NCBI GenBank assembly: GCA_964016885.1
Contig: OZ024742.1
Span: 93,434,001 to 93,498,000, forward strand
DNA: 64,000 bases
Source: Eledone cirrhosa
Taxonomy: Eukaryota
Reading direction: 5' to 3'
Position numbers and translations under genes: made by a program. The notes beneath the pieces are model-generated. The model made no database searches. It was not told the origin of the DNA and saw nothing but the letters and a program-made list of their open reading frames with translations. Each line of letters starts with the position of its first letter. The first letter of the stretch is position 1. Positions 39,819 to 53,741 of this stretch are shown here, in pieces.

Positions 39819-39822
<4 letters not shown>
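39554..39822. mobile_element. 'TGTTATACTTTGGGAGGGTC' family, inverted-arm form with one-sided tail
   Basis: Arms ~39581-39660 and ~39743-39822; left tail TTTCGTTTCTGAATTTGTT..GAAAC also present at 51490-51547. Confidence 0.8.
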
Positions 39823-39862
<40 letters not shown>

Positions 39863-40052
39863 TACTATATTGGATAAATATACTATATTGGGGCCACCGC
39901 GAAGAGGCCACTCTCGGTTATTTGTCGAAGATTTCTTCATAAGAGCCTTTCTTCTTATAGCTTGGTCTAATTGATTTTTTATATGGTTAATTATGCTATT
40001 TGGAAGAAGAAACGGTATATATTTTATCTAATAATTCTAAAGACATGATTTA

Positions 40053-40122
<70 letters not shown>

Positions 40123-40167
40123 AAAAAATAAAACAATGAAACAGTTCCTTATATTAAACAAAAAAAG

Positions 40168-40310
40168 TTCATTATTTAACGATCGTTTCTAGGACATATA
40201 TGTGTTAGAATTGGCATGCATATTCAAAAGATCTATGTACAAAATTATACAAACTATCAAAGAGAATATACATACCAACACATATATATGCTGTCTTCAG
40301 AAATAATGAA
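40168..40310 (-). ncRNA. Hammerhead-like ribozyme with ~100-nt extended stem II
   Basis: Minus strand TTCATTATTT-CTGAAGA-[104-nt self-complementary insert]-GAAA-CGATCG-TT-AAATAATGAA; perfect 10-bp stem I. Confidence 0.7.
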
Positions 40311-40665
40311 GTATATTTATTGATAATAACAACAATTCAAAATTACAGGTCTGTTTGGGAACAGATTTTAAATAGACCAATGAAATACATAAAAATTCAT
40401 CAAGAAAATACAGTTAGGTGTGTGTATATATGTAAGTAACTTCGTTCACAGATATGCATAAAAATGTATGTTCACATGCATACGCATGTCGAAAAAGTGT
40501 ATGTAAATATAAAAATTCAGGGCTAATGTCTCTGTATGTTTATAATCCACAGACAAAATATACATACATATACATACATATATACACACATATATACACA
40601 CATATACATACATTCATACACACACATGCATATATACATAAACACACACATACCCACGAACACCC

Positions 40666-40711
<46 letters not shown>

Positions 40712-40935
40712 GTATATATTATTATTATAACTATATGGATATTGAGGCGCACACATAAACACGGCCACATACACTTACATCTAGATGCAGAATTAAAAGT
40801 AGGTAAGGGAGTAAGTAATTAAGGAGGGTGCCAGACTCAGCATATTTATAAAAATGTATCTATAAATTTAGAAATAAAAAGAAATATAATAAAAGAAATA
40901 AACAAGTAAAACATATGCTCATACATATAAATACA

Positions 40936-41055
<120 letters not shown>

Positions 41056-41361
41056 CGCACAACACGCATATATACATATATGTACACACACATACACACA
41101 TACATACACATACATATATATATACACATATATATACATATATATATACATATATATACATATATATATACACACATATATATACACACATATATATACA
41201 CACACACACATACATATACGTATATATACATACACACACATACCCATGTATATATACACACAACCACACACTCACACACACTCAGACATACATAAATATA
41301 GAGACATACATACACACATATATATATATATACTTATATATATACACATATATATATATAT

Positions 41362-41419
<58 letters not shown>

Positions 41420-41509
41420 AAATACACACAGTCAGACAATTATGCACATATATACACATACATACACACATCTCTACAAATACATATACATACACATACA
41501 TACATACAC

Positions 41510-41585
<76 letters not shown>

Positions 41586-41779
41586 TCATACACACTTATT
41601 TACATGCGCACATATGTATTTTTATACTCACATACAAACACACAAACATACATACATACTTACGTACACATACATACATCCACGCTTACAAATACGAATA
41701 ATTATAGGGGGGGGGGATTAAAATTATTAGTGGGAAATAGTAAATATAGGTTTCAAGGAACATATAATATTAATCTGCA

Positions 41780-42750
41780 TTTAAATCATAATATGTGTTT
41801 ACATAGTAGTGTCAGTATTAGGAAATGGTATTTGTAAGAAAGAAGGCTAAATTATGCATTTTAATATAAGTAGACTATTAATTATAGGTTAATTAATATA
41901 TTAATTTCTAAAGTGTATACTACTTAGGTTTATAATATTTAAAGCGGAATTTTGAAGTTAAACAGTAGTAGAGTATTAATTATAGCATAACTAAATTAAA
42001 AATATTAACATGATGGTATCAATTTTAGGAAATGAATTTTGTAATAGGGAAAGCCAAATCAAGTATTTCATCGGTAGTAGAATATTAATTATAGGTTAAC
42101 TAAATTAAAAATTATATATTAATTTCTATAGTATATGTTAATTAGGTTTATAATAATTAAAGCAAATTTTGTATTTTATCTATAGTAGAATATAATTATA
42201 GGTTAACTAAAATTAAAATTAATCTATATATTTATTTGTAAAGAATATATTAATTAGGTATATATTTAAAAGTTTTTCTCAGTTTATGATTACATGATAT
42301 TCTGCAATCCATCTGTATTTGAATTTTAATTTTAAGCTAACTAAATTAAAATTATAGGTTAACTAAATTAAAATTAATTTATAAATTAATTTCTAAATTG
42401 TACATTAATTAGGTTTATAATATTAAAAAGTATTTCTCTGTTATTGATTACACGATATTTTGTTATATTTCGTCTGTAAAGGAATTTTAATAAAAGGTTA
42501 AATAAACTAAAATTAATCTATAAATTAATTTCCAAAGTATATAGTAATTATGTTAATAATATTTAAAAGTTTTTCACAGTTTATGATTACACAATATTTT
42601 TTAATTTCATCTGTAGTAGAATTTTAATTAAATTAAAATTATAGGTTAACTACATTTAAATTAATTTATATATTAATTTCTAAAATATATATTATTAATT
42701 AGGTTTATAATATTTAAATGTTTTTCTCAGTTTATGATTACACGATATAA
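41780..42750. repeat. AT-rich degenerate tandem repeat, ~120-170-bp units
   Basis: Recurrent ATTATAGGTTAACTAAATTAAAATT, AGGTTTATAATATTTAAA and GTTTATGATTACACGATAT blocks. Confidence 0.8.
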
Positions 42751-42764
42751 TTAATTCCTGTCGC

Positions 42765-43375
42765 TTATTTAATAGGATATCTTTTGAGCACACTCCAGGT
42801 CATATCATATTCTATATTCTTATCAAATACATCTTGGTTAGACGAAAGGTTAGAAATTCTAAGTGATATATTATATGCAAGGTTTTTAAGGATAGATTTA
42901 GGGTGATTAGATTGTGAGTGTATGTAGTGTAAGTTTTGGTTGGGTTTATGGTAAGGTTGGTAGATACCCGTAGCTAAGTCTAAAGTTATATCTAGGAAAT
43001 TAACTACTTTACTTGTGTTTTCAAAAGTAATATGAAGACTATAATAGTCTTTAAGGAAAGTTCTAATAAGCTTTTTGTTTTTTTCTATTTCTGAGAGGCC
43101 AAGGTTGTTGGAAAGAAGAAGACAGTCATCACGATATAAACCACCTTTAAGGTGGGGAAAGGAAGCATTTATGTTAAAAAGAAGAAAGAGGCCCACAAGA
43201 TCAGTAATTTGGGCAGAATCGCTTGAACCCATAGTAATATCAAATATATTACTATATGTGTTTCTGGTCCAGTATTCATTCTGAAATTCAATAAGTGTTA
43301 GTCTAGCATGTGTAATAATATTAATGTCATCCAAAGTTAAGTTAGATCTATTTTTAGCAAATATCAAAGCTTTGT
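42765..43375 (-). mobile_element. Penelope-like element reverse transcriptase fragment
   Basis: MGSSDSAQITDLVG, GGLYRDD, VNFLDITLD, YHKPN..YIHSQSNHP, RISNLSS. Confidence 0.88.
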
Positions 43376-43420
43376 TCAGGAGTATAGGTGATATAGAAGA
43401 ATAGTAATTATATATATAAT

Positions 43421-43517
<97 letters not shown>

Positions 43518-43524
43518 ATACACA

Positions 43525-43571
<47 letters not shown>

Positions 43572-44039
43572 AAAAGGTATAAGTCACCATTTCATAATTT
43601 ACTTATTTCATTACCGTTTTATATAGTTCGGTGATAGTCACAATTCAACAGTATATATACATCAAACAGAATGTTATTTGTCTCTAATATAGACAAACAT
43701 CTTAATGAAATGATAAGCCTCAACTCAGAGAAGCCTTTAATCATATGTAACGTAAGCCAAAATCTCGATTTGGGGAATATAATCTAGACAAAATTAAATG
43801 AGGTACTTTCACTCACATAATTTCCCAAACGGCAGTTTCAGGAATTAAGAAACAATACTAATTATCTTAATATGTAAAGACACCCTATATTGAAAGAATA
43901 ATTCCGACTTCAGGGGTAAATTCTTTAGACGTAGACATAATATTGAATAGATAGCATACAGACCCTGTCCTTTTTGAAACAGCATGGTGTGTCCAACAAC
44001 ACGTGAATCATTCAACTACTACATGAACGTATATCAGGA

Positions 44040-45578
44040 CAATACGACCGTCTGAAATAGTCACTGAGATGCAGAAAACATCCGGGAAAGTAGGAGTTGA
44101 ACTAATCACCCGCATAGTTAATCAATTAATTCAGGATGGGACCATACTCAATGACTGGTGCAGCAGGTTAATCTTTAAATTTTCCAAGTAAAAAGCTAAT
44201 GCTAGAAAGGAGCAACTACAGGGAATAAAACTAAAGAATAAGTTACGAAAGTGAGAGAAAGAGAAGAATCTAACACAATTAATTATGGGAAGAGTCAAAT
44301 TAGATAAGATGCAGTTCGGTCTCATGCCCTCTTTTTAGTAGGACAGCTACAACAGAAGTACTTAGCTAAGAGTAAACCTCTATATCGAAATCAATCACCT
44401 TGTGATCCTTAAGGTAAGTAAGTGTAAAAAAAGTGGTTTGTAAGAAAGAACAGTGCAAGGCAAAACAGGAGCTATAAGTAAAGTGAGAATAAATTGTGAG
44501 TTCAGTGAGGAATTAAAGGTACAGATATGTGTGCATCAGGGTTCAGTTCTTAGCCCACATCTGTTTATCCCAGTCCCGTACGCCATAACAGAGGATTGCA
44601 AAACTGGTTGCCCATGGGAACTTCTGTATACCGATGATCTGGTCCTCATAGATGAAACTGTGGAAGAAATAAAAATAAATTCTAGCTGTGGAAACAGAGT
44701 AAATTTAGCAAAAATCAAAATGCTAATAAGTAAGAAAGAAGATGGGGCTTCGATCTTATCAGAGTAGTGGCTTTACTCGATATGTATAAATGGAGTAGGC
44801 ATAAACTCTATATTATGTACACAATACAAATCTGGGGTACACAAGAGGCATAGTTGGATAACTAGCAAACTAACAGGAAAGGAATATTGTTTGTATAGTA
44901 GATGTTTAAGGTCAGTTAATAGTAAAAGTGCCAATAATATAACATTTTCTAACCCTAGGAAGGACTCATAGAAGTGTTTGCTAGGTTCTGTTATCGATGT
45001 GATACAATGAAGGAGTGTGCTCCGAGAGCGTATTAGCTATAATAAAGATAGAGGGAAGACGTTTATGGAACTGCTATCTCAGTTGAGAACAAAAGGTTTC
45101 TCCCTACGAGCGAAAGGTCAGCTGTATGACGCCTGTGTATGAAGTGCGATGCTGCATGGTAGTGAGTCATCGGCAATGACCACAAAGAGTATCCAAAGGC
45201 TGCAGAGAACTGAAGCAAGTATGTGTTGATGGATGTGCAACCTTGATGGCTAAGAAGGACAACGTATGGATTAACTTAGAGAGAAACTGCGTATAAGAAG
45301 AATCAAATGTATTGTGCAGGAGAGGACACTGCATTGTTATGGACATGTGAAGCACATAGATGATAATCACTGGGTGAAGAAATGCAAAGTAATCCCAGTG
45401 GAAGGAAGCCGTAGTAGAGGAAGACCTAGAAGGGGGGTGAGATCCGATCTCAAATCTCTGAAGTTCACAAAGGAAATGATAGAGGACACGACACGAGGAG
45501 AGATGCTCTACTTAGAAGGACCCGTTCAGCCCATGAAAGCATGAAACAATTGACATAAACTGATGATGATGGTGGTGG

Positions 45579-45615
<37 letters not shown>
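44040..45615 (+). mobile_element. Old degenerate RTE LINE with (GAT)n tail
   Basis: [24 protein letters not shown] and RGRPR remnants. Confidence 0.8.
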
Positions 45616-45619
45616 AATG

Positions 45620-46200
45620 GAGGACACTCGTAAGAGTGTTCAAGCCTCCATTCAATTTAGAGGTATCGATGAGTTTGGAAAGAACTTCTTAGCCTAAATT
45701 CAAAAGAGCCATAAGTACTACAAATGCTTCAACCCACACAGTGTTAAAGTTAGTTACTGCTGCGTAGATAGTATCACTTCAAACATTGCACTTTATAATA
45801 GAAAAAATCATGTATCCACACAAGGCCCAAACGAACGTGCAATTGCTGAAAAGCTGCCAACTGTGCTTTAGGTGGAAGGTACTGCTCTACGTCACAGGTA
45901 GTATATGAGTCTAAGAGCGAATGAGTTCTCAGGAATATTTACTCAGTAGATACGCTCATTTAGGTGCAGGAACAGGGAGAACTATACCAACTTGTCCTAT
46001 TCCCTATTGATCCCATGTGCCCAAGAGCACAGCATCTACAGCATCAAATGAAGCATTCTAAACAGAGCTCCACCCTATTATACTGCCTCGGAGGCTTAAC
46101 TGTCAAGTCCGTCTTTGCAACAGACTGAACATACTGCACCAACTAGTGATGCTCATCGAAAGGAAAACTGACCAAATGTTTTTCTGCCAACAAAGCAATA
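45620..46200 (+). mobile_element. Degenerate Penelope-like linker/GIY-YIG fragment
   Basis: Manual translation GKNFL..KSHKYYKCFNPHSVKVSYCC and a CNC remnant. Confidence 0.55.
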
Positions 46201-46584
46201 TCCTGATATCCAAATCCCAAACACTAGCTCGGGATATCCCACAGACAGTGGCGGACTGGCCAGGTTGGCAGCTTGTCCAATAGCAAGTGGGCCCAGAGCA
46301 CCCACGGTAGCATTGCAAGAGCCCACAGTAGCATTGCAGGGCCCACTGTAGTATTTTAGGGGCCAATGCTTTACTTTCAAAAAATACCTGAAATCTAAGA
46401 GAAAGAATAAAATAAAAAAAAAATAAATAAAACAATTAAGCAAAGCATTTGGTCAACCAATTCCTCAGGGAATTACTAGAAACTAAAATATACGGGAGGG
46501 CAAATAGCTGGAATCAGTGGTTGTACATTCTACTAAATCTAAAGCTTAGTGTATTCATTCATGCATGCAAACATACATATATAG

Positions 46585-46623
<39 letters not shown>

Positions 46624-46646
46624 AACACACACACAGACAGACACAC

Positions 46647-46710
<64 letters not shown>

Positions 46711-46718
46711 TGAGTGAG

Positions 46719-47221
46719 TGTGAAATACCAAAGGTCATTATTGAAGTCGACCTTAAGTACCAGTAATAACATAAAGAAAGACATGAACGACACCTCAACT
46801 CTTTTTGTTTTGAAAATTTTGAAAGTAGGTTTATAAGTAGGAATTTTCTTAAGATTTTCGTAGGTGTCTCTGTGGCCTAACGGTAGGTACTAGAGACAGT
46901 AGAATTCCTGGCGTTGTGTTCAATCCTGGTACATGGAACCTTTTTTAGTTTTTATTTTACAACCAATAGAAAAAATTGAAAAGGTTTACCGGGGACCCAA
47001 CTTCCGACCTGGATCGAACTTCAGGACAAGATCACCACCGTCTATGATTCCTCCAGCTAGGCCAACGAGACAGCTACAAAAAAATTATGAAAATTGATAA
47101 TTATAAACCTACTTTCAAAATCAAAGTTAAAAAGATGTGCTCTCGTTCATAGCTTTCCTAGAGCTATTAGTTATATTTAGGGTCGACTTCTGGTCATTAT
47201 TGAAAGTCTCTGGATTTCACA
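46719..47221. mobile_element. Diverged ~500-bp fold-back element with a tRNA-like A/B-box unit in each arm
   Basis: Paired blocks GAAGTCGACC/GGTCGACTTC, ATGAACGA/TCGTTCAT and TTTTGAAAGTAGGTTTATAA/TTATAAACCTACTTTCAAAA; ends TGTGAAAT/ATTTCACA. Confidence 0.7.
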
Positions 47222-47541
47222 AAATACATATTTTTTATTGGAGAAGGTAAAATATTTTTCCGCAAAATTCTTATTGCACAGTTTTGTTTACACTTAAGTA
47301 TTTTTCGAAAATGCTATTTATTCATTATAAAAATTAAATAATAGCATTCTATATGTAGGTGGGACCCCTTCATCTCCTGGCAACCAATATTTTTAGACCC
47401 CGTCCTCCACTGCCTTTTAGTTCTATTTCACTGGCGTGTAAATGTGGAGCAGATAGCCCAAACCAGCATCCATACCACGAAACGATCGTCAACATTTACC
47501 CTTTCTTGATTGTGCTGGAATTCGCTAGATATCACTAGTTA

Positions 47542-47833
47542 ATAGCTTTCAAATGTTTATTCGTAAATATACCGTATATCATAAACGCACACACATATTT
47601 ACACACACATATATATATACATACACACATATATGATATATTTATATCAAGTTTATCGGTGTGTAACGTTTAGTTACTATTGCTTCACAAGTTTGAGCAC
47701 TTGATGTCTAAATGGTTCTGGAGTTGGTGATGTGGTATAGCTTTCAAATGTTTATTCGTAAATATACCGTATATCATAAACGCACACATATATTTACACA
47801 CACACTCGCATACACACACATATATGTATATAC

Positions 47834-47866
<33 letters not shown>

Positions 47867-47942
47867 TATATGATATATCTATATAAAGTTTATCGGTGTG
47901 TAACGTTTAGTTACTTCAAGTTTGAGCACTTGATGTCTAAAT
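47542..47942. repeat. Tandem duplication, ~195-bp offset
   Basis: TAGCTTTCAAATGTTTATTCGTAAATATACCG...CAAGTTTGAGCACTTGATGTCTAAAT occurs twice. Confidence 0.85.
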
Positions 47943-48748
47943 AGAGTCTAAAACAGCTGCTATATTTAGTTGGTGTTTTTTTTTCGGCCAATGCTATAGA
48001 ATAGAGTTGAGAATAGAAGATACTAAATAAGAATTATTGAAATTGTAGAACTGGGTAGTAAAAAGTAACACAAAGTCTCTGGGGGTCTAACACAGCTGCT
48101 AGGTTTAGTTAGTATAGCGTAATCGGCCAATGCTATCTTTAAGTTATTGGAGTGGGGGTACTGAGGCTACAGAGGCCCGATGGGCTGCCTCGGGTTAGGC
48201 GAAAGGAAAAAAAAAACGAACGCGGAAGAATATCGGTGGTGGAAGGATGTGATAGGAGGAGACAAAGGAAAAAGAAAAAAAAAACACAGAGGAAAAGAAG
48301 GTACATCTATCTATGTAAGCTGGGGCTTCCCCTATCTTATTCGGCAAGTGGGGTGTTTACTTTTTAGTTTTTTTTCTTATCACTTCTCACTTTTATATAT
48401 CTTTCTCTTATTTTTATTATTATTATTATTTTTTTTTCATTTTTATTTTTTTTATTTTTTATTGTCTCCTAATCTCAATTGATTTACCCATTCTATAACG
48501 TCCCTCCTCTATTTGAAAATAGAGAAACCTTTTTTCGCCTACCTCCTCTGGCCTACTTTCGTACACAATCCTTAGAATTTGCCGTATAGATTTCACTTTC
48601 AACGCTTGACCGGCTTCACCCACTCCCTCATTGTTCTACAGGCAAGTTCAGCCACCCCTACCTCTCACCCACTGCCATGATAGACTTATTTATGTTTACA
48701 ACATATTTTGACCAATCTTCTTGACAACTACAATCTTCCCATATAAGG

Positions 48749-48854
48749 AAGTACCCTTGAAAAGTTCGGCTATTTATTTACCAGAGTAAAAATTCTAATT
48801 AAGTCCAGAAATAACCGTCGAAACGGCTTGAGCTCTGCCGTCGGGGTCATACTT
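48749..48854 (+). ncRNA. Hammerhead-like ribozyme with UUGAAAA core, full stem III and long stem II
   Basis: AAGTACCC-TTGAAAA-G..CGGCTATTT...AAATAACCGTC-GAAA-CGGC ttgagctct GCCG-TC-GGGG..TACTT. Confidence 0.65.
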
Positions 48855-48913
48855 TCTCTCCATGCATTGAGTACTCCCATATTTAGTGATCTCCTCGCTC
48901 TCAGCATCGTAGA

Positions 48914-49020
<107 letters not shown>

Positions 49021-49364
49021 TATATATATATATATATATTTATGTATGTATGTTTTGTTACATGTCTGTGAGTATCTGGTAGGTGTTTTTGTTTACTTCT
49101 TTTACATATCTTTAAAAGATTTTACGTATATTTTTTCTCACTTCTAATTATATTTTCATTATAGTTTGAAGAGAAACACGTATGTGCAGTTGTGTACTCA
49201 TTTATATGTATATGTAAATATCTATATCTGTTCCTCTCTCTCCCTCTCTGTATATATGTATGTATATATATACATATTGAGAGAGGGAGGGACAGAGAGA
49301 GAGAGAGAGATAGAGAGAGAAACAGATATAGATATTTACACACATATATACATATATATATGTA

Positions 49365-49409
<45 letters not shown>

Positions 49410-49430
49410 CTGTGTGTGTGTGTGTGTGCG

Positions 49431-49539
<109 letters not shown>

Positions 49540-49597
49540 GAGTGTGTGTATATATGTACATGTATATATATATATATGTATATATATATATACACAC

Positions 49598-49638
<41 letters not shown>

Positions 49639-51284
49639 TATATGTACAAACACATGTATATATATATATATATATATCAACATCATCATCATAAAAAGAA
49701 ATAGAGAAATTGAATGCAAAAGTGAGGGGGAAATTATGAGAGAGAAAAAACGAAAATAGAAAAAATATTGCACAAAGAAAGCAAATGATTTCTGCTAGGT
49801 TTTTCTTGTGAATAAACGAGAATGGTATTTAATTAAGTAAATAATTATTTCAAGAGGCTCATTTGAAGAATTCTTAATTTCATTTAGAGAAATATCTTCT
49901 TCATATCATCAAATAAAGGTGTTTGCTAATAAAAAAAATAGTGCAAAGCAAATAATAAACACACACATACATATATGTATTTATACAAACGCATAGGCAC
50001 ACATCTGTGTGTTTACACACTAGGTTTTATATATACATGCACACAAACTCACATGTGCATACACACACAATCACATACACACATACATAAACATATATTG
50101 AGTCACTATGATTGATATATGTATGCACACAAAGACATACACATACTGACATTAATGTGCACACATTCAGCCACTGATTACATATACAAGCACACAAAAA
50201 CACACAAATACACACATATGTAAATACAAATACACAAATGCATATATACAAATGCATATATACACACTATGTTTTATATTTGCTTGCACACATTCGTACA
50301 CAAATTCACACACAAATGCATACACAAATGCGCACACAAATACACACACATGTATATACAATCACACAACTACACATACATATACACACATTGTTTTATA
50401 TTTGCAAGCACACAAAAACACACACACTCTCACTCACATACACACACAAATACACACACATATAAATAAAAACACAAAAATACAAATACATATACACACA
50501 TTGTTTTAAATTAACATGTACACAAAACACACAATCTCACTCACACAGACACACATACACACACACACATGCACACACAAATACACGCAGATATAAATAA
50601 AAACACAAAAATACAAATACATATACACGCATTGTTTTATATTTGCAAGTACAGAAACACACACGCACACACGCACGCACACGCACACGCACACACACAC
50701 AGACACACACGCATAAATACACACACACACAAATACACACACATAAATAAAAACACAAACATACAAGTGTATATACGCACAGCACACAACAACACACTCA
50801 CTCTCTCTCACACACACGCACACACATACACACACACACAGACAAATATACACACTTATAAATAAAAACACAACTACAAGTGTATATACACACATCACAC
50901 ACAAACACATTGGCATGCACAGAGGCAGTGTTATTATTCAATTAGGCTTTAATTTTCGGTACGTCTTATTCAGGTGCTTTAAACACATCCAGAATATCAT
51001 AATCCATATGCTCACGTGAACAGGCACGCGCCCCAGCCACGACCATCACCCCCAACACCACCTAGCACTCGCTACACAAACATAGGAAATGTGGGAATTG
51101 GTTTATTGTGAATTTTTAGAAGATTATTGAAGAAACTAGGGACTTTTCCTTTTGTTCAGTTGTGGATGTTTTATAAATATTTATGTGACATTTGTGTGTG
51201 TGTGTGTGTGTCTGCGTGTCTGCGTGTCTGCGTGTCTGTGTCTGTGTGTGTGTATGCATGTGTTTGTATTTGCTGATTCCCTGC

Positions 51285-51547
<263 letters not shown>

Positions 51548-51554
51548 TATATAT

Positions 51555-51587
<33 letters not shown>

Positions 51588-51759
51588 TATATTTACGGGA
51601 TAACAGATTATTGTTATAGGTAGTCTACTTAAGTGTAGTCCAGAGCTTTCTCACAAACTCCGATGAATTGACTGGTTATAACTTTGTATTGGTGATCGAA
51701 TAACGTGAAAACAAGCGGGTTGCGATCTCTAGACCTACCAGTTCAGAGAAACAATTGTC

Positions 51760-53741
51760 AGCAATGAGATTATAAACCTAACGGGAAAAGTCACACAGTT
51801 GGTGAGAACCTAATATTGCCAGCTTGTAAAATTATAGTCGGTAAAATGCTTGGACAAAATGCAGTACAAGAAATTGAAAATGTTCCACTTTCAAACAGTA
51901 CAATAAGTCGACGTATTGACGATATGGCACATGATAGTGAAGAGGTTTTGTGTGACAAATTAAAAAATAGCAGTTTTTCTATTCAGGTTGATGAGTCAAC
52001 AGATCTTACCAATAAATGTCATGTAGCTTTTGTAAGATTTGTCAATGAGGGTGAAATTCAAGAAAACTTCCTATGTTGTTGCAAAGAACTGCCTGAGACG
52101 AGCAAAGGAATAGATGTATTCAATATTTTGTCGTCATATCTGAAAACAAGAGGTCTCTCCTGGAAGGATTGTGTTGGCATCTGTACTGATGGTGCTCCAT
52201 CAATAGTTGGCTCCATAAAAGGTTTTGCTTCTCTTTTAAAAAAAGAAAATCCTGATATAATCTCAACACACTGCTTTCTTCACAGAGAGGTATTGATTTC
52301 AAAATCACTTGGAGATGAACTGAAAAAGTTTTTGATGATGTTACAAAAAGGATCAACTTTATTAAACAAAGACCAGTTCACTCCAGAACGTTTAAAAGAC
52401 TGTGAAAAGCTGGACAAAGAACACATAAATCTATTGTTACATACGGAAATCCGGTGGCTGAGTAGAGGAAGAGTTCTAAATAGGGTGTTTGAGCTGAAAG
52501 ATGAGTTTCAGAAATACTTTCAAGAAACCAATAAGCAAGATTTTGCTAAGTGCTTTGAAGATGAATATTTCCTGCAGAGGCTAAGCTACTTAGCAGACAT
52601 TTTTCATCACATGAATCAACTGAACAAGTCACTGCAAGGCCCCAGAGAAAATATACTAACTTCAAGTGATAAAATTCTTGCATTTAAAAGAAAAGTGAAT
52701 TTGTGGAAGAACTATGTTGCAAAAGGAAATCTTGAGATGTTTCCGCTACTTCTGGGGCTTGAAAGTGAAGAGGGATATCAGAAAACTTCAAGTCTTATTG
52801 AATCCATCTGGAGGAACTGTATATCAGAATTGAAAATTATTTTCCTTTCCTTTCACCACAGGTGTATGATTGGGTGCGGGATCCATACTCTGAATCTGCT
52901 GGTCACCCTGAGAATCTGACATTAAAAGCAGAGGAAGAACTTTGTGAGCTGCAGTGTGATCGTACACTCAAGATAAGATTTACAGACCTATCTCTGGACA
53001 AGTTCTGGATTTCTGTGAAAGAAGAGTTTCCTACTATTCATAGGAAAGCAATTAATATATTGTTGCAGTTTTCAACGTCTTACATGTGTGAGCAAGCCTT
53101 TTCTTATTTAACAAGTATCAAGAGCAAAGACAGAAATCGTCTCCTCTCAATTGAGAATGAAATCTGTGTGTGTTTATGTAAAGTTCGACCTCGAATTAAG
53201 TATTTGTGTAGCAAAAGACAGGCACAGGTTTGACATTAGAGAAGCATGTTTCACTTTATCAAATGGCTCTGAAAGTAACATTTTCTTGGCCCATTTATTG
53301 GTTCACAGGACATTTTGCCTTGATTTACCTTATGTCTTTTCAACATTGCCAGTAAAGGATAAATAAATAATAAACTGATGCAGTAGTTATCTGTTTTCGT
53401 TCTGTTTACATTTATATTATAGGTATATGATATTGGTTACTTATGTTTATTTTTTACGTTTGAGTTTAGAATTTTTTTGTGTGAATGAAAACTCCCTGAT
53501 GAAGTATTATAAATGAACAGTATGAATTTTATTTAGCATTACCGAAAAATTAGACAAAGAAGTATTAATTTTTCCTTAAACCAGTTATTCAAAAATATAT
53601 ACTATGATATTTACCACGTGAACTACGATGAAAATAAAATGAGAAAGATATGGTATATAATTTTGTTTTTGTGCAGGGATTCCTTGAGACATGTAATTTA
53701 TTTTAAGGGTTACGCAAGGGTAAAAAGGTTGAGAAACGCTG
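51760..53741 (+). mobile_element. 5'-truncated Charlie/Buster-family hAT transposon with frameshifted transposase
   Basis: PLSNSTISRRI, FSIQVDESTD, CTDGAP, THCFLHRE, RWLSRG, FSTSYMCEQAFS; right TIR GGTTGAGAAACGCTG ends at 53741. Confidence 0.92.

Noticed and set aside
43595-43650. Further hammerhead-like remnants here and near 30740, 33375, 34672 and 51660
   Set aside because: Core or GAAA half is corrupted; compatible with decayed copies but not supportable individually
46246-47412. Possible hAT MITE ends CAGTGGCGGAC / GTCCTCCACTG enclosing the fold-back element
   Set aside because: Imperfect TIR match and no 8-bp TSD
51816-53233. Domesticated host gene of ZBED5/SCAND3 type
   Set aside because: Frameshifts, 5' truncation and a retained TIR indicate a decaying transposon
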